A stretch of 63,929 nucleotides of DNA, filler included, from Sphacelaria rigidula (lineage: Eukaryota), in the NCBI GenBank assembly GCA_964200075.2. It is 11 parts of 11 records of this genome, joined end to end, with 100 filler letters (N's around TTAATTAATTAA, not from the genome) between each part and the next. Parts side by side here need not be neighbours in the genome. Positions count along the whole stretch, not along the records: positions 46,569 to 52,289 come from CAXNAA020024981.1; positions 52,390 to 58,109 come from CAXNAA020024983.1; positions 58,210 to 63,929 come from CAXNAA020024984.1; 8 more parts are not named here. One strand, written 5' to 3'. Below are positions 50,612 through 62,600 of the stretch, piece by piece. Made by a program: the position numbers and the translations under genes. The notes under the pieces were generated by a model that was given only the letters and a program-made list of their open reading frames with translations, had not been told where the DNA came from and did not search any database. Numbering within the stretch: position 1 is the first letter of the stretch; each line of letters starts with the position of its first letter.

Positions 50612-51966
50612 GGTTTATCATCATCATCATCATCATCATTATGATAAAAATTATGATTGTATTCGTCACATTAGCTCGATCCCTCGAACCCGTGGTCACA
50701 GAGCTTACCCACAGGGTAAACACAAACAGGAACACTCGATAAGGGGAACGCCAGCAAAGGGAGAGGACGAAGGGAGACAGGTAACACGAACGGAGGAAAC
50801 AGAACAAAAATCGAGAGACATAACATAACAGAAAACAGTCACGCCCAAGCCACCGCGCTCCCTCCCGTATAAAAGAGGTTACGCACCTGTTCCATTGCCG
50901 CTGTATAGGCGTCATCTATACTCTCCAGTTCCCTCTTCAGCAGCTCCCCAGCAATATATTTCTGCGAATCGAACATAACAGACATATGGAACCAATGAGA
51001 AAAGTATATCAATTTTCTGTTTTCTTGTGATGAAGTGGCGGACGGGGAGAGGTAGCAGAAGCGGGACAAGTACGAGCTGGTCCAGCTTGAAAACGGATTT
51101 GAGCTCTCACAGCCATTTCGGCTAGGATCTGCGTATCTCACTAATTCTCTGATGAAGGGGAATATGCCCATCTGCTCTACAATCTGGGGTCATTTTTTCA
51201 ATGGTTGAGTAAATCTTATACTGTACGGAGATACACCACTTCATTTGGGACATCTCATCAGCGAGTATCCGTAAGTGCGAAACCATTGATCGGAGGACTC
51301 GAGACAAAAGTACGACAACGTAAGCATCAACATACTCCCCCTGGTGGTGAATAAACGAACACGCCGACAGCAAGGGACGAAAAACACCAACTATTTAGAG
51401 AAGGGGCAAAGCGACCGATCGTCGGGAGCCCAATAAACGGGGCAGTAAAACAAGAACAACCACACACACACACACACGTATAAATATTCATCACACTTTG
51501 AACCCCTCGCCTTCCTCGGGATGAGTCTGTGGTCTCGAGGGATCAACTCATCTCTCTTCCAGTGCTGTACACGCCTTGCATTTTGGTCTCGCGGATTGAT
51601 TGGGTCATGACTATCAGCATTCCCACACCGCGTCAAGTCTCGTCGAACAAACTCAGCCAACTACTTCTCGTCTGCTCACGCACTCCCGCTTTTGACGGTG
51701 GAACTCAGATATTTTCCAAGAAAAAACCCGACTCATCTGGTCAGCACCGAACCCGTGGACGGTCTCTCCACCCTAACGGTGACTGTCGGACCATTACACC
51801 ACAGGGCCGCGAATAGCGGACTCAAACAGCGAAGCAGTCTTCATTCAACCAATAGCCATGGCTGCTCACCTGCCGCTTAGCGTTTCTGTTACATATATCC
51901 TCCCGTCGATCACCTGCCCTCACTGACAGCTTGGAGCGTCGGAGCACCTCGGGGTGATCCCCAGAT
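48616..51966 (-). CDS. Sds3/BRMS1-like Sin3-HDAC complex subunit, 3' exons
   Basis: Phase-consistent exons: 51870-51966 (SGDHPEVLRR...), 50887-50961 (KYIAGELLKRELESIDDAYTAAMEQ), 50293-50368 (TRERLLAEVNEELRR...), 49622-49732 (ENRMSTRHTRG...) and 48616-48851 (HVELALSDDEASDDVDNIR...stop). The HPE, coiled-coil, TR..R and L.D.E..DD...I motifs match the Sds3 layout. Confidence 0.78.
49990..50142 (-). mobile_element. SINE family 2 head and body fragment
   Basis: CGACTGTCGCC...GGGTTCGATTCCCGATGCGTTGGGTTTTTT...ATCTGATTTCCACCGT on the minus strand, with a canonical B box. Confidence 0.75.
50478..50645. repeat. Compound microsatellite (ACTATT)n(ATT)n(ATC)n
   Basis: Read directly. It abuts a LINE-like 3' tail on the minus strand at ~50660-50710. 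Confidence 0.95.
51491..51811 (-). mobile_element. tRNA-related SINE, family 2, in an intron of the Sds3-like gene
   Basis: A box TGGTGTAATGG and B-box-like GGTTCGGTGC. Colinear with 37368-37667 over its full length. Confidence 0.8.
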
Positions 51967-52217
51967 CTTCGAAAAGCGAAGCGTCAGGGGAGAATCAAAC
52001 ACCAACGTCATCATCATCAATAGCAACAACAACGACGACGACGATAATAGCACCAATATCAAAAGTGAGACGAGAGTGTGATTCATGACCTACAGGCCAG
52101 ATCCGTCGAACATAGGCTGCGTACGATCGCAGTATGTACTCGGAGCGAGCACATCAAGTAGAATGATCGTCTTCTTCTCGGGTGGTCATTTTCCGGACAT
52201 CACACAAAAAAGGAGGA

Positions 52218-52289
52218 GGGGGGGGGTACTCATTTGTTGCTTGCCTTAGTCGTTTGACCATTGACCACGCATCCCTTTCGAGACGGAGC
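52218..52289 (+). repeat. G-run-anchored repeat subfamily C, representative copy
   Basis: GGGGGTACTCATTTGTTGCTTGCCTTAGTCGTTTGACCATTGACCACGCATCCCTTTCGAGACGGAGC. Other copies lie at 2389-2466, 5892-5963, 38117-38166 (-), 40332-40358, 43205-43290, 46569-46630 (-) and 49061-49102 (-). Confidence 0.9.
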
Positions 52290-52389
52290 NNNNNNNNNNN
52301 NNNNNNNNNNNNNNNNNNNNNNNNNNNNNNNNNTTAATTAATTAANNNNNNNNNNNNNNNNNNNNNNNNNNNNNNNNNNNNNNNNNNNN

Positions 52390-52450
52390 AAAACCAACTA
52401 GACTACTGACAAGTCAGCGCTGACTTGTCAGTAGTCTACTTGATTTTCTC
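52390..52450. mobile_element. Palindromic mini-element ending CTC|TTAA (Sola3-like terminus), left end cut by the contig
   Basis: TAGACTACTGACAAGTCAGC-GCTGACTTGTCAGTAGTCTA is a perfect 40-bp palindrome, extending with mismatches to AAAACCAA / TTGATTTT. Confidence 0.6.
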
Positions 52451-55400
52451 TTAAACCGTCACAGCTTACTTATTGGGCTGCAGCCGCGAAACCGTGTTTT
52501 ATAATCATACACGGCACTAGCTCTCCCTCGGTGAAGAGGGCTTCACGCCGCACTGTTCCAACAATACAAAATTGGGAAATGTGTCCTGAGGACGATTTGC
52601 TTCTTTTTCCAACTCCAATCGACTCTCAAACTTGCGAGTGAAGATGACAAGTGGCCTGCGAAAAATTCTCGATTAAGTGAATCAAATCTTCAAACGAACA
52701 ATGCTACGGTAGGGGCGCACTTTTTGCGCTAAATCTTGTCTGGTTCAGGTGGACGAAAGCATGGGTTAGGGCATACATTCCCGCTTGCAAATTCATTCGG
52801 GATATTCCTGCGAGCACATTGGAATAGTAATCCTGGCGTACGTACTCCCACATATTTCATAAGTCGTGTTTTGGATGAGAAAAAGGGCTCCCAACAATTC
52901 CAACCTCGGAAAATATTTGTGCACCCCTACCGTAGAATCACTCAAACGTTGACTACAATACAACAATGGTTCGTGTTCGTTTTTGTGTCCCGTCATTGGA
53001 AGGAAAGCAATGCTCTGATTGCATTTACGTAGTATATGTATTGTGCACACCCTCGTTTCTGAAAAAAAAAGCAATAAAAGAAGTGTCTGACTCCATCCAT
53101 TGCCTTGCTTGCTGAATGCCGTTGGTCGCCTCTTCTCCTGCCGCACAACTTGGGTGACCCTACGGACTGCGCCACCGTTACAACAATGCGCGGCATGCCG
53201 CCAACGATTATCTTATTAATATATACCGCACGGCGGAATCAACTGCTGCCGCAGTCGGGCTCGTGCGACGATGTGTACCACCACAAGGGAGCTGACCCGG
53301 TATGCCGGTCGAACTTGGCGTGAATACAGCTGGACGGTTGACGCTCAGAATGTTGGCGTACGTAATGCTGTACTTTGAACGTGTAGATATGACCCATGAC
53401 CGTGTGTGTGTGTGTGTTTCTGCTGAATAACATTCGAGCATGTGGCCTGTCCTAAGTAACGCTTTCCCGTAGGCAATCTCTTGCACGCCGAATAGATGCT
53501 GTCGGGTGTGATTTTGTGGACACGTACTCTCAGGTCATCGAAACACCTTTCAGTGTGAGGCAGGAACTGGCTTTCTCCGGTTTTTGGTTGAGAGTTCATT
53601 TCGAGACACCTTCCAGTGGGCTGTCCATTGCTTTAGAAACGACTTCCATGTGTTATGTCTAACTCATCCGTGTTGTCAATAGTACGTTGGGAATTGAAAC
53701 GTAGAACGGACTGCATCAATTGGTTCACCATGAGTTTGGCTTGGTCAGTGTTGTTTATAAAACGAAAATCCGGAGATTTTTTTTGTATAGGAAAAATAGA
53801 GTGTATGGGGGACTTCTCAATAGAACGAACTATGGTGGTGAAAGTATATAGGTGTATCTACGTTGTAACTACTGTATAGACCTTGGACGCATTTCCAGAG
53901 TACGATGTGGGGAAGTGCCTGTAGTTGTCGATACTGTCAATATATTGTCGATGCAGCACGTGTGAAGCAAATACTGCGCATGGACTCTGCTAAAATTCGA
54001 TTGCGCACAGGGCGCAGTGCTGTTATGTATTGGTTGACGAGCGGCCGTGTCTCCGTCACAAAGTCTAGGATGACAGTAAAGCAAAACTGGCCGAAACGTG
54101 CACAGCAATACTCAGTAAGCGACCACACAGCGCACTCAAGATGGGTAAAAACGCTTGCAAGGGCAGGCTGTATACATACAGGAATGTATATCGACGAGTA
54201 TTGAGAACGGATGCATTGCAAAATGGGGAACATCATCGTCATCATACACGAGGAAGAAGGGATGTAATTGAAAGGTACCAGGGTTGCCGGCTGATCCGGA
54301 TAAACACGTAGCGTGAAATATGGATGGATGGGATATAGATTCGTGGAGTGTCCGCAGCTTCTTTCACAGAATCACCACTTGTTTTTCGTTTTGATTCGTC
54401 GCTGTGCACACACGAGAGCACGTCGCATTATTCGAGCTACCCATCGCGTCGATTTGCCGCGTCGACGTCGAGACAGAGCACTGGAAGGTAGAGTCACGTA
54501 CGCTTCGGTATATCCACATCGGGATAAGATAAAAAAAGACTGGCAAGCATGAAGAGCAGGGTAGACGCATCATACACCATGTCAGCTCAACCAACAAACA
54601 CGCGCAGTGTTTGGTACGGTCGCCGTAGAGCTTTGGCGAGATATTTGGGACCGAGGTGGGAATCCACATTTCAACATCTTTCGTTTGACAACGGGTGATT
54701 CTCGGCATGAAGGGTGTACCTGAATACATCTTGAAGCGAACATGAGCCCATGAGTTTGGAGGGTGTCACCCTCCTCTACACCTTGCCGAGAGCCGCGTTG
54801 AGCGTGCTGATACATGTGCGTCGGGCGACGAAGCATCGTATCCCGTTTAGTTCCTTCTGGAACGAAACACAAGCATCAGGAAGTCGGTGTCTACGAGTAG
54901 ATGTTCGCTCTATGTGCGTGATACTAAGCCAGCAATATCTGGCCAAAAACAAAGTGCCCTATGCGTCCATGCCAGACAAAACTTCAAACCAAGTCATCAG
55001 TAAATTCAACAAGAGCGATGATGACAGCTACACAATCCAACCTCCTCCTATATACGGCACGACATACCTCTACTGCTCAGGCTCATGGTACTCTAAATCT
55101 CTATTGACAATAAAAAATGGCTTGGTGGATCACGGTAAGAACAGAAGTCGTTCAACATACACAAACACACACATAATATATCGATCGCCGTTCTGAAGTG
55201 TTTCCGCCCAACGGATATATGTGTACCCCCCAAAGTCACCAGTAGACCATCGATCAACCTGCACGGAATTCAAGAGCTCCTCCGTATGGGGTGATAATTG
55301 AAACGAGCAGCCTTTTCAGGTGTAGGGTAGCTTAAATATATATATATATATATATATATGGGCAGTAGCAGGATTCAAATCGCCTCGCAAGGGGGCAGGC

Positions 55401-55959
55401 CAAATAAGTCATGGTATAATCCCGCCTTTGGAGAAAATAAGAAGCGCCGAAAAAAGGCCCCACAAGCCCGCCGGGATGAAAGCTCTACGAGCGGCCAAGG
55501 CAACCGCACCACAGGCCACCACAGCGCCAAGGGCTCGCGTCTTGATCGGCCTGCGAGGTATGTTTCGGAACGTAAAAAATAGCTGAATCCGGAGAGTGGA
55601 TGCGGAAAAAGTAAAGACGATGAATTCTACAATGTAAGTTCACACGATGCTTCGAATGTGTACACCAGTTATCATTTGTCTCTAATGCCTTCCCTGCAGA
55701 CAAGTGCCATTTCGCTCCAGGCGTCGCCAGCATTTCGCCCCTTCTCCCTTCTTACTTTTTGAACGCTATACACCATAATTTTCTTCGAGTAGCTTTCCTG
55801 CAGATCGGTGTCATTTCGCAATAGACGCCGGGGGAACCAGCATTCCGTCTTTACTTGGTTTTAGAGTGCTTTCCCTTTTAGTGTCATTTTTTTCTCCAAA
55901 GCTCTCCGAAGCCAGCATTTCGTCTTTACTCGATAATAGATTCTTTTTCGCTGATCGTC

Positions 55960-57790
55960 TCCCCTCCAGCATTTCACTGGCATTGGGGTGTGTGGGTTTG
56001 GTTCGGAGCACCATTTCCTTCCGTGCAACCTTCTGCATGGGCGTTGTGACATTGCCATGTCTTTTCCTGTGCCGCGCTTCGGCGGACCCTCCGAACGCAT
56101 GGCGTGGCATGGCTGCATTTGGAATTGGCACAATCTTCACTTGATCATGTTCATGTGATAATGCCGTTCATTTTTTCGTTCTCTTATGCCCTGAGAAGCC
56201 ATCATGTCGCATGTACGTGATTTTAGAGCACATGTTTTTCGCTGATATCTCTTCGCTTGCATTTCACTGGGCATTAGGGTGGCTTTTGTTTCTGCTTGGC
56301 TTTGGAGTATATTCACCTCCCGCGCTCTGCTCCGCATGCCACTAGGGCGTTATGGAGTCGAATGATGCGTTCCATTCAAGTTCCTGTGTCCATGCCTCGG
56401 CGGACTGTTCGACGTTCGGGGGTTCCGTCATCCATCTCGACCACTCTTCATTTGTGGAATCGGCATCATGGTAATTTCAAAATGAAAGGACGCGAGACAA
56501 ATCGTGAATCGTACCACCGCTCTCCATTGAACACAGCCTCTCGGAGCAGGATGTGTACATCTCGAGCGTGTTTTGATCCTGCACGCATGTCCCATGGTCT
56601 CAACTGTGCTTCCTTTTTCTTATTCTGTGCACTGCTGCTGCTGCAGCTGCTGCTACTACTGCACGGCACACGCGAGTTTTGCCCATCATGTGTGGCCGGA
56701 TGCAACGACTTCCACGTCTTTTTCGAATTTGAATCGGCATCATGCCGACGGGCGCTGACCCTTCGTGTGCATGTGCTGTACGTGCGTCTCACACAAGCAG
56801 TCGCTTCTCATCGAATCTAAATCGATTTGTACAAGGTCACGCACGACGTGCTCGGCTGATGAGCAGCTACGACGTTTTGTTCAAACTTTGCCATGTGCCA
56901 TCAAGACAGGTATATAACTACTGCCGCTTCTCATGTATCTTGGCTGTCAATCCACTGAGCGTGGCGGCGAAAGCCGCGGGAACCCTGCAACAAAAACAAT
57001 ACTATGATGCATCAATTGCGTGGAAAAGTCTACCTGGGGACAGGTGTCATTTCGTTTTTAACCTCCCACAAGCCCTTATTTCTTATTTCAACTTTCTTCG
57101 ATTTTCGGGGCTCCTGTTTTTCGCGGAGACCTCTCGGGAGACATGTCGATTGCGCCTCGCTGGACATTAGGGTGCGTTTTGTTCTGCTTGGGTTTGGAGT
57201 GCATACGCTTTCAGCGCTGTACTCTTCATGGCGTTATGGCATTGCGATGCGCTCCATCTCGTGCGTTTCCTCTCTCCCTGTCTCGGTGGACCCTTCGACA
57301 CTAGGAGCTTGTACCGTCATCCGTCTCAACCGCCTCATATTCGTGGAATCGGCGTCAATTTTCACTTCAAAATTGAATCGACATCGCGTTCAGTGCAGAA
57401 AACACCTCGCTTTGCGTCAACGGTATGAAACGGTCAGTGTGCCATCGCTCTCCACGGCAGCGTCAACACACCTTGAGAGTGTTTTGATCTTGAAAGCATG
57501 TCGGATCGTTTCAACTTTACTCCCTCTTTTTACTGTCTGAATTGCCGCCGCTGCAACTATGCGGCACAGGTGACGTTTTTCATCATGAGTGGCGGGCTTT
57601 TCTTCTCCTTTTCGGAATTTGAATCGGCATCATCTCAACAGGTTTTGATCCTTTTGTGTGCGCATGCTGTGCGCACGCCTCGCCCTATTCCTGAACAGAT
57701 TTGTGCAAGGTCGCGAATAACGTGCTTAGCTGATGACTTGCTATGGCCTTTTCTTCGAACTATGCCATGTGCCTTTGCCCAACACATGTA
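55960..57790. repeat. Diverged ~890-bp tandem duplication (56250-56900 / 57148-57780) plus an upstream partial unit
   Basis: Anchors CATTAGGGT (56272 / 57166), GAATTTGAATCGGCATCAT (56725 / 57615) and GCCATGTGCC (56890 / 57764). Confidence 0.8.
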
Positions 57791-58209
57791 ACTGTCACTG
57801 GTTTTCATGTGTCTGGGCTGTCGAACCTTTGGGCTCGGCGGCGTGAGCCGGCGAACCCTTGTGTGTGTGCGCGCGCGTGTGTGTATGTATATATATATAT
57901 ATATCAAAAGTTCGGTTAGCGACTGGCAGAACCAGAATTGCCAACAAGGTTTCGAGCATTGCCTATCGCTATCAAATATGCGGTGCGAGATTGGTCGGCC
58001 GAGGTTGACGGGTATGTGCGTGTGTGTTTGTGTGTGTGGGGGGTGTACTCATGATCATGCATGCCATAGTCATAAGACCATTGACCTCGCATCCCTACAA
58101 TGCCGAGACNNNNNNNNNNNNNNNNNNNNNNNNNNNNNNNNNNNNNNNNNNNNTTAATTAATTAANNNNNNNNNNNNNNNNNNNNNNNNNNNNNNNNNNN
58201 NNNNNNNNN

Positions 58210-58715
58210 TCATGCGTGTTACATGGGAGCGTGAGGTTGATTTGCGTCATTTTCGTCGGGAAATATTGCTGTACTGGGTAGGAGATACCGTCCAACACCG
58301 CCCGTTGAATAAAATATATCGGTCGATGCGCAAGGGGGCTGCCGCTCGGGAACTGGCACGTGGACACTCAGCGCGGTTCGTTGTGACAGGCTATAGCCTT
58401 CTTTCGCGCTCACAATACATGCAGTGTTTTCACGGAAAACGATTGCCGAAAGGGGTGTATTTTTGGTATAAGGCCTTGGATTCACTGTGATGGTTGGGTA
58501 AAATTCGCTTGGTCGATCCTGCGTCTGGCCACTCCTATTTTATCCGTTTCCTTGATGACCCGAGCCCCCTTAAGATTTGCTTGGATGATGCTTACTACAC
58601 CGAGGAGCCGCACGCTCGGAGGGGATCCTGGTGCCTCCAACGACACGACCATGGCGAACTCGAAACAGCCGTGCTACGGAACACGGTCACCGCTTGGGAT
58701 GCAGATGACTCATGA
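58210..58715 (+). mobile_element. 3' end of a Ty3/gypsy pol: chromodomain tail plus an extra C-terminal domain (one TGG>TGA stop)
   Basis: A single frame reads VTWEREVDLRHF...YFWYKALDSL*WLGKIRLVD...SYFIRFLDDP...GSWCLQRH. TWERE resembles the chromodomain TWEPE motif. A long T-rich 3' region follows. Confidence 0.7.
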
Positions 58716-59337
58716 TGCATCCGAGTCTACTTTCCCAGTCACCTTGCGTAGTATACCGCGTTCGAGTCGCTTGTCTTGCACCGTAGCGTCATTGGGAAAC
58801 CATGTGTTCCCACCCCCTCCCACCCTTCATATTTTTTCGTACTGAGTAGCCCCGTACTTGTAGTGTTTGATATTGCGTTTCGTTTTTGGTACTTCGTAAT
58901 GTGTTGTTGTATTTTGTACTTTTTTGTGTTTTGTTTTTTGTTGCTTTGGACCCTGATTTTGTGTTTTGGTTTTCTTTGCCTTGCGTCATTTGTTTTGATT
59001 TGTTTTCGTCTTTGTTTTTCTTCGTCTTTCTTCTCTTATTTTCTTCTCTTTTTGCCTCGTGCTTTGTTTCCGATTTCTTGTGTTCAATGGGTAATTTTCT
59101 TGGTTTATCCTGGGTTCATCTGGCAAAGTACAAGTGACGACCGTTCCATTCCTGACCCCGAGTCTGGAACCTTAAACGTCCGTCCTCCGCGCCGTACATT
59201 CACAACCATTCCGTCTACTGGAACAGTTGCCACGAGTTATTTATTTTTTCATTTTTTTCGTTGTATGCACATCTTGTCTTGCTTTTTTATTGCATGGTCT
59301 TTATTTTTGATTTGTTTGTTTTGACGAAAGAGTTTGC

Positions 59338-59640
59338 GGAGCAAGCGCTAGCCATACCTGATGCCCACGTCTGGAATATTTGCGCTCTTGGTCAATCTCC
59401 CCGCACACGAATGCCGCCTCCCTCTCCGGGACCGGTCATGACGTGCCTTTTTTGTGTCATATGATATGTTGTCGGTATTTGTTTTAGTTTTTGTCTTTTC
59501 GGTCGAGAATTCTAGGAGCAAGCGCTAGATATACCTGACGCCTCCGTCTGGTATAATTGCGCTCTTGCCCAACCGCTCCGTACACGCATACCGCCTCCCT
59601 CTTCGGGATCGGTCGTGACGTGTCCCCTTTTTGTGTGCGT
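59338..59640. repeat. ~120-bp direct repeat (59338 / 59515) in the retroelement 3' region
   Basis: GGAGCAAGCGCTAG..ATACCTGA..CGTCTGG...GCGCTCTTG...CCGCCTCCCTCT.CGGGA.CGGTC.TGACGTG occurs twice at a 177-bp offset. Confidence 0.85.
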
Positions 59641-62600
59641 ACCAGGCTGAGTTTTGTATTTACATGGGCGATAGTAGCCGAAGCCGAATGCCTGAAATGT
59701 TTTGACCTTTTCGATTGAAACTTTTGCCTCTGCTTGCTTCATACACACGATAACCGCTCCCGTTTACAAGGACGGTTGACACGTGTTGCTTTTCTGCTTC
59801 ATGTTGCGGATTTTGGTTTTCGCTGTTGCCCAGCGTGCCCCTGGTTTTGTATTTATTTTGGTTTTGGTTTCTGCGTCCATGTCGGGAATTTCGCCACAAG
59901 TGTGCCAACGTTCCTGACCCTCGAGTCTAGAACACTTGCCTTACTATTTTTTGCGAGTCCTGCCGCATGTGACCGACCTCGTTTGTAGGAGGATCACGGG
60001 TGATGCGACGCGATGATTTATACTTTGGTGATTGGTAAGTTACCACGAGGCCACCACTGGCCGCGTCGTACATAACGGTGTTGAAGAATTGTTATTGAGA
60101 TCGCGGTATGATCGGTTGCAAACGTCTCCTCATACAGGACCATTTCGTATCATGATGAGGTAGATTGCTCTTTCGGAACTGTCCGTTCCGCCATGTAGAT
60201 ATTTGACCGTTGGTACAGCCTTCAGGCTCAGAGTCCGCCACTCGCTACATTTTTTCTGTCACTTTTACCAGTTTTTTGCGTACAATACCCGCCCCTGAAA
60301 TCGGTCGGTGGTGTTTTGTTTTTATCAGGGAATATTGGACGAAGTAATGTGACGGTACGACCGGCTGTGGTGTTTACTCCAGTTTGTGTTCGGGCCAGTC
60401 TCGTTTTAGTCCGAACGGGCAAATACTACGAGGAGCGGGCTGAGTTGGTCCTCTCTGTCCTGTGTATTTGTCGTGTTCAGGAATGTGTTGGGCGATCCGT
60501 CTCGGAAGTACGTAGTAGGACCGAAGGTTGTGTATCGTTCACTTCGTTTCTTTTGACGTGTACGGACACCTGACCTCACAAACCGGTCGGCTGTTTTCGT
60601 ATCGTCGTGTGAGAGAAAGAAAAAAAAAGCTGTACGGCTGGATCATCAACCAAACGTCCCAAGCAAGTCGTTTGCTCTCACAAACATGTACTGGCAATTA
60701 ACTAACGTCAAACGGGTTGATTTGTCCGTATCATTCTATTTTTTTTTATTTATCAACGTATGGTTTTCGCGGGAAACTACCATTTCCGCGACGAAATCGG
60801 CTGTACGTTGCTAGCTTTTGCTGATTGACTGGGACGAGTGATGATCATGAACTGGGTTATCGGAGTGATATAATGCCTTGGCAGGGTTGCTTGTTTTTCT
60901 ACCAATGACCTGAAACACACCGGACATCCGAAAAAGAGTGAACTATATATTCATGATATAGTTATGGCAGAGTATTATGGTCGTTTCAATGATAGGTCTC
61001 TAATTTCCTGTGGCTCTCCCGGACATGCTCACGGCATTCTGAAGACACTACATTTTGTGGTACATATTTTTGATTGTTGAGTTTTATTTTTTTTCCCATG
61101 ACTCCGTCTGAAAGGCTCACGGAACATGAGGACACTAATTATTGCATACGTTCGATTCTTTTTCTCTTTGTCTTGTTCTGGTGTTTGTATTTTGTTGTTT
61201 TTTCGTGTTGATCGCCCCCTCCTGTTCACCGTACCAAAGAGGACTCGATCTTCAAATGGAGTCTCAATTTTCTGTGGTGTGGAAGAGGTGTGGCTCGATG
61301 CAAGTTCGTCCCTTCTGAAAAGTGACTGCACTTGAACGATCCAGGATGGGCTAATGTGATGATAAATTACTGAGTGCCTGAATTAAACTAGCTCTTTGGG
61401 ATTGCAGATGGTCCCCAGAAATGACCGGCGGGTATGAACCCAAGATTCCAGTCTAATGTGTGCTTGTCTATGATACGAATTGCATTGTTGAAGCGTTGAT
61501 CCAGCCCCATGAGTCGGATGAGGATTGTACCCAATTAGCCGCGTGTACCTGCTGCTACTACAGCTTTGATTGGCTTAAGGTACAGTGCGTCACGCTGATT
61601 GGTATTTACATGACAAGATTGTATGCGTAGCTAGGAGCGTTTGAGGGTAATTATGAGCAGCATCGCCCACAATTTCACTTGCGATCCACCTGCCAGAGAA
61701 AGGCTTACCGTCGACACTAATCACAAGAAGGACCACCAGCTTTCATCTGCTCGACGCTTCTTCTCATTCTCAGGCCGGCAAGCTGTGGCAAGCTAACGAG
61801 AGCGAGTCACGTATAACATATCCCTCTTTTGTCTTTTTGCTTTTCCTTTCTTGGAAGAGCTCGGTGCTTACTTTCAATAACAGCTGTCTGCTGTTGACGA
61901 GTGCCGTGTGCGAGAGAACCTCACTGCTTGAGTTAACGAGTCGAAACCAGGACCAGTGGGTCACATTCTCGTCTACCTTGGGGTGTGGCTCGCTCTGCTA
62001 TTGAATACGTCGACATTCATGGGGCTTCAGAGGTAGCTTGCTATCCCAAGCTGTACGGTTTCTCTCTAGTCGGCTGCTGTGCACGTATCCGCCGAACACA
62101 AGCTTACGTTTTTGCTTTTTTTCAAGCCCTTGTAATTTCAGTCCTTGATTTCACTTGATATTTGTACACGTGTTGTGCGTGTGGGTTCGTTTTTTTCACA
62201 ACAGCTGCCCACGTGCTGCTGCCAGTTTTTTCTGGTTTCACCACAGGCAAAAGATGTCCCGCAATATACCCAGTTCCGTCTCGAACATTGATGAGCGTAC
62301 GCTCAGGCGTTTGAGGCGCGCCCGTGTCCGCGAACTATCCCTCGGTGCACAACAAACCACTTCCCCACCCACAGGCCAGTTTGACGGGGCATGTCAAAAC
62401 CTCGGGATGGATGGACCATCTTTTGTACCGTTGTACACGGTTCGAAGAAATAATTGTGTCGTCAACCACATAAACGTTGTACACCCGTTCCTCCATCCCT
62501 CCACACAACTGCCCCTGGCATCTGTGCCGCTCGAGTTACTTTTGTTTCAACCTTCTCGTTCTAGACACAACGCTTTATTTCCCCCTTCGTTTTAACACCC

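Larger units (their letters stand above)
5722..58209. other. Ten artificial 100-bp contig linkers (N44-TTAATTAATTAA-N44)
   Basis: Identical linkers at 5722-5821, 11543-11642, 17364-17463, 23185-23284, 29006-29105, 34827-34926, 40648-40747, 46469-46568, 52290-52389 and 58110-58209. The core gives stops in all six frames. Intervening segments are 5721 or 5720 bp, as expected for size-sorted contigs. Confidence 0.98.

Noticed and set aside
52600..55300. Coding relic or endogenous viral genes in contig 10
   Set aside because: Only short ORFs are present, with no recognisable motif on either strand.
59984..60580. 3' LTR of the contig-11 gypsy element (TGTAGGAGG...CCTCACA)
   Set aside because: There is no second LTR to compare and no clear polypurine tract, so the boundaries are not supportable.
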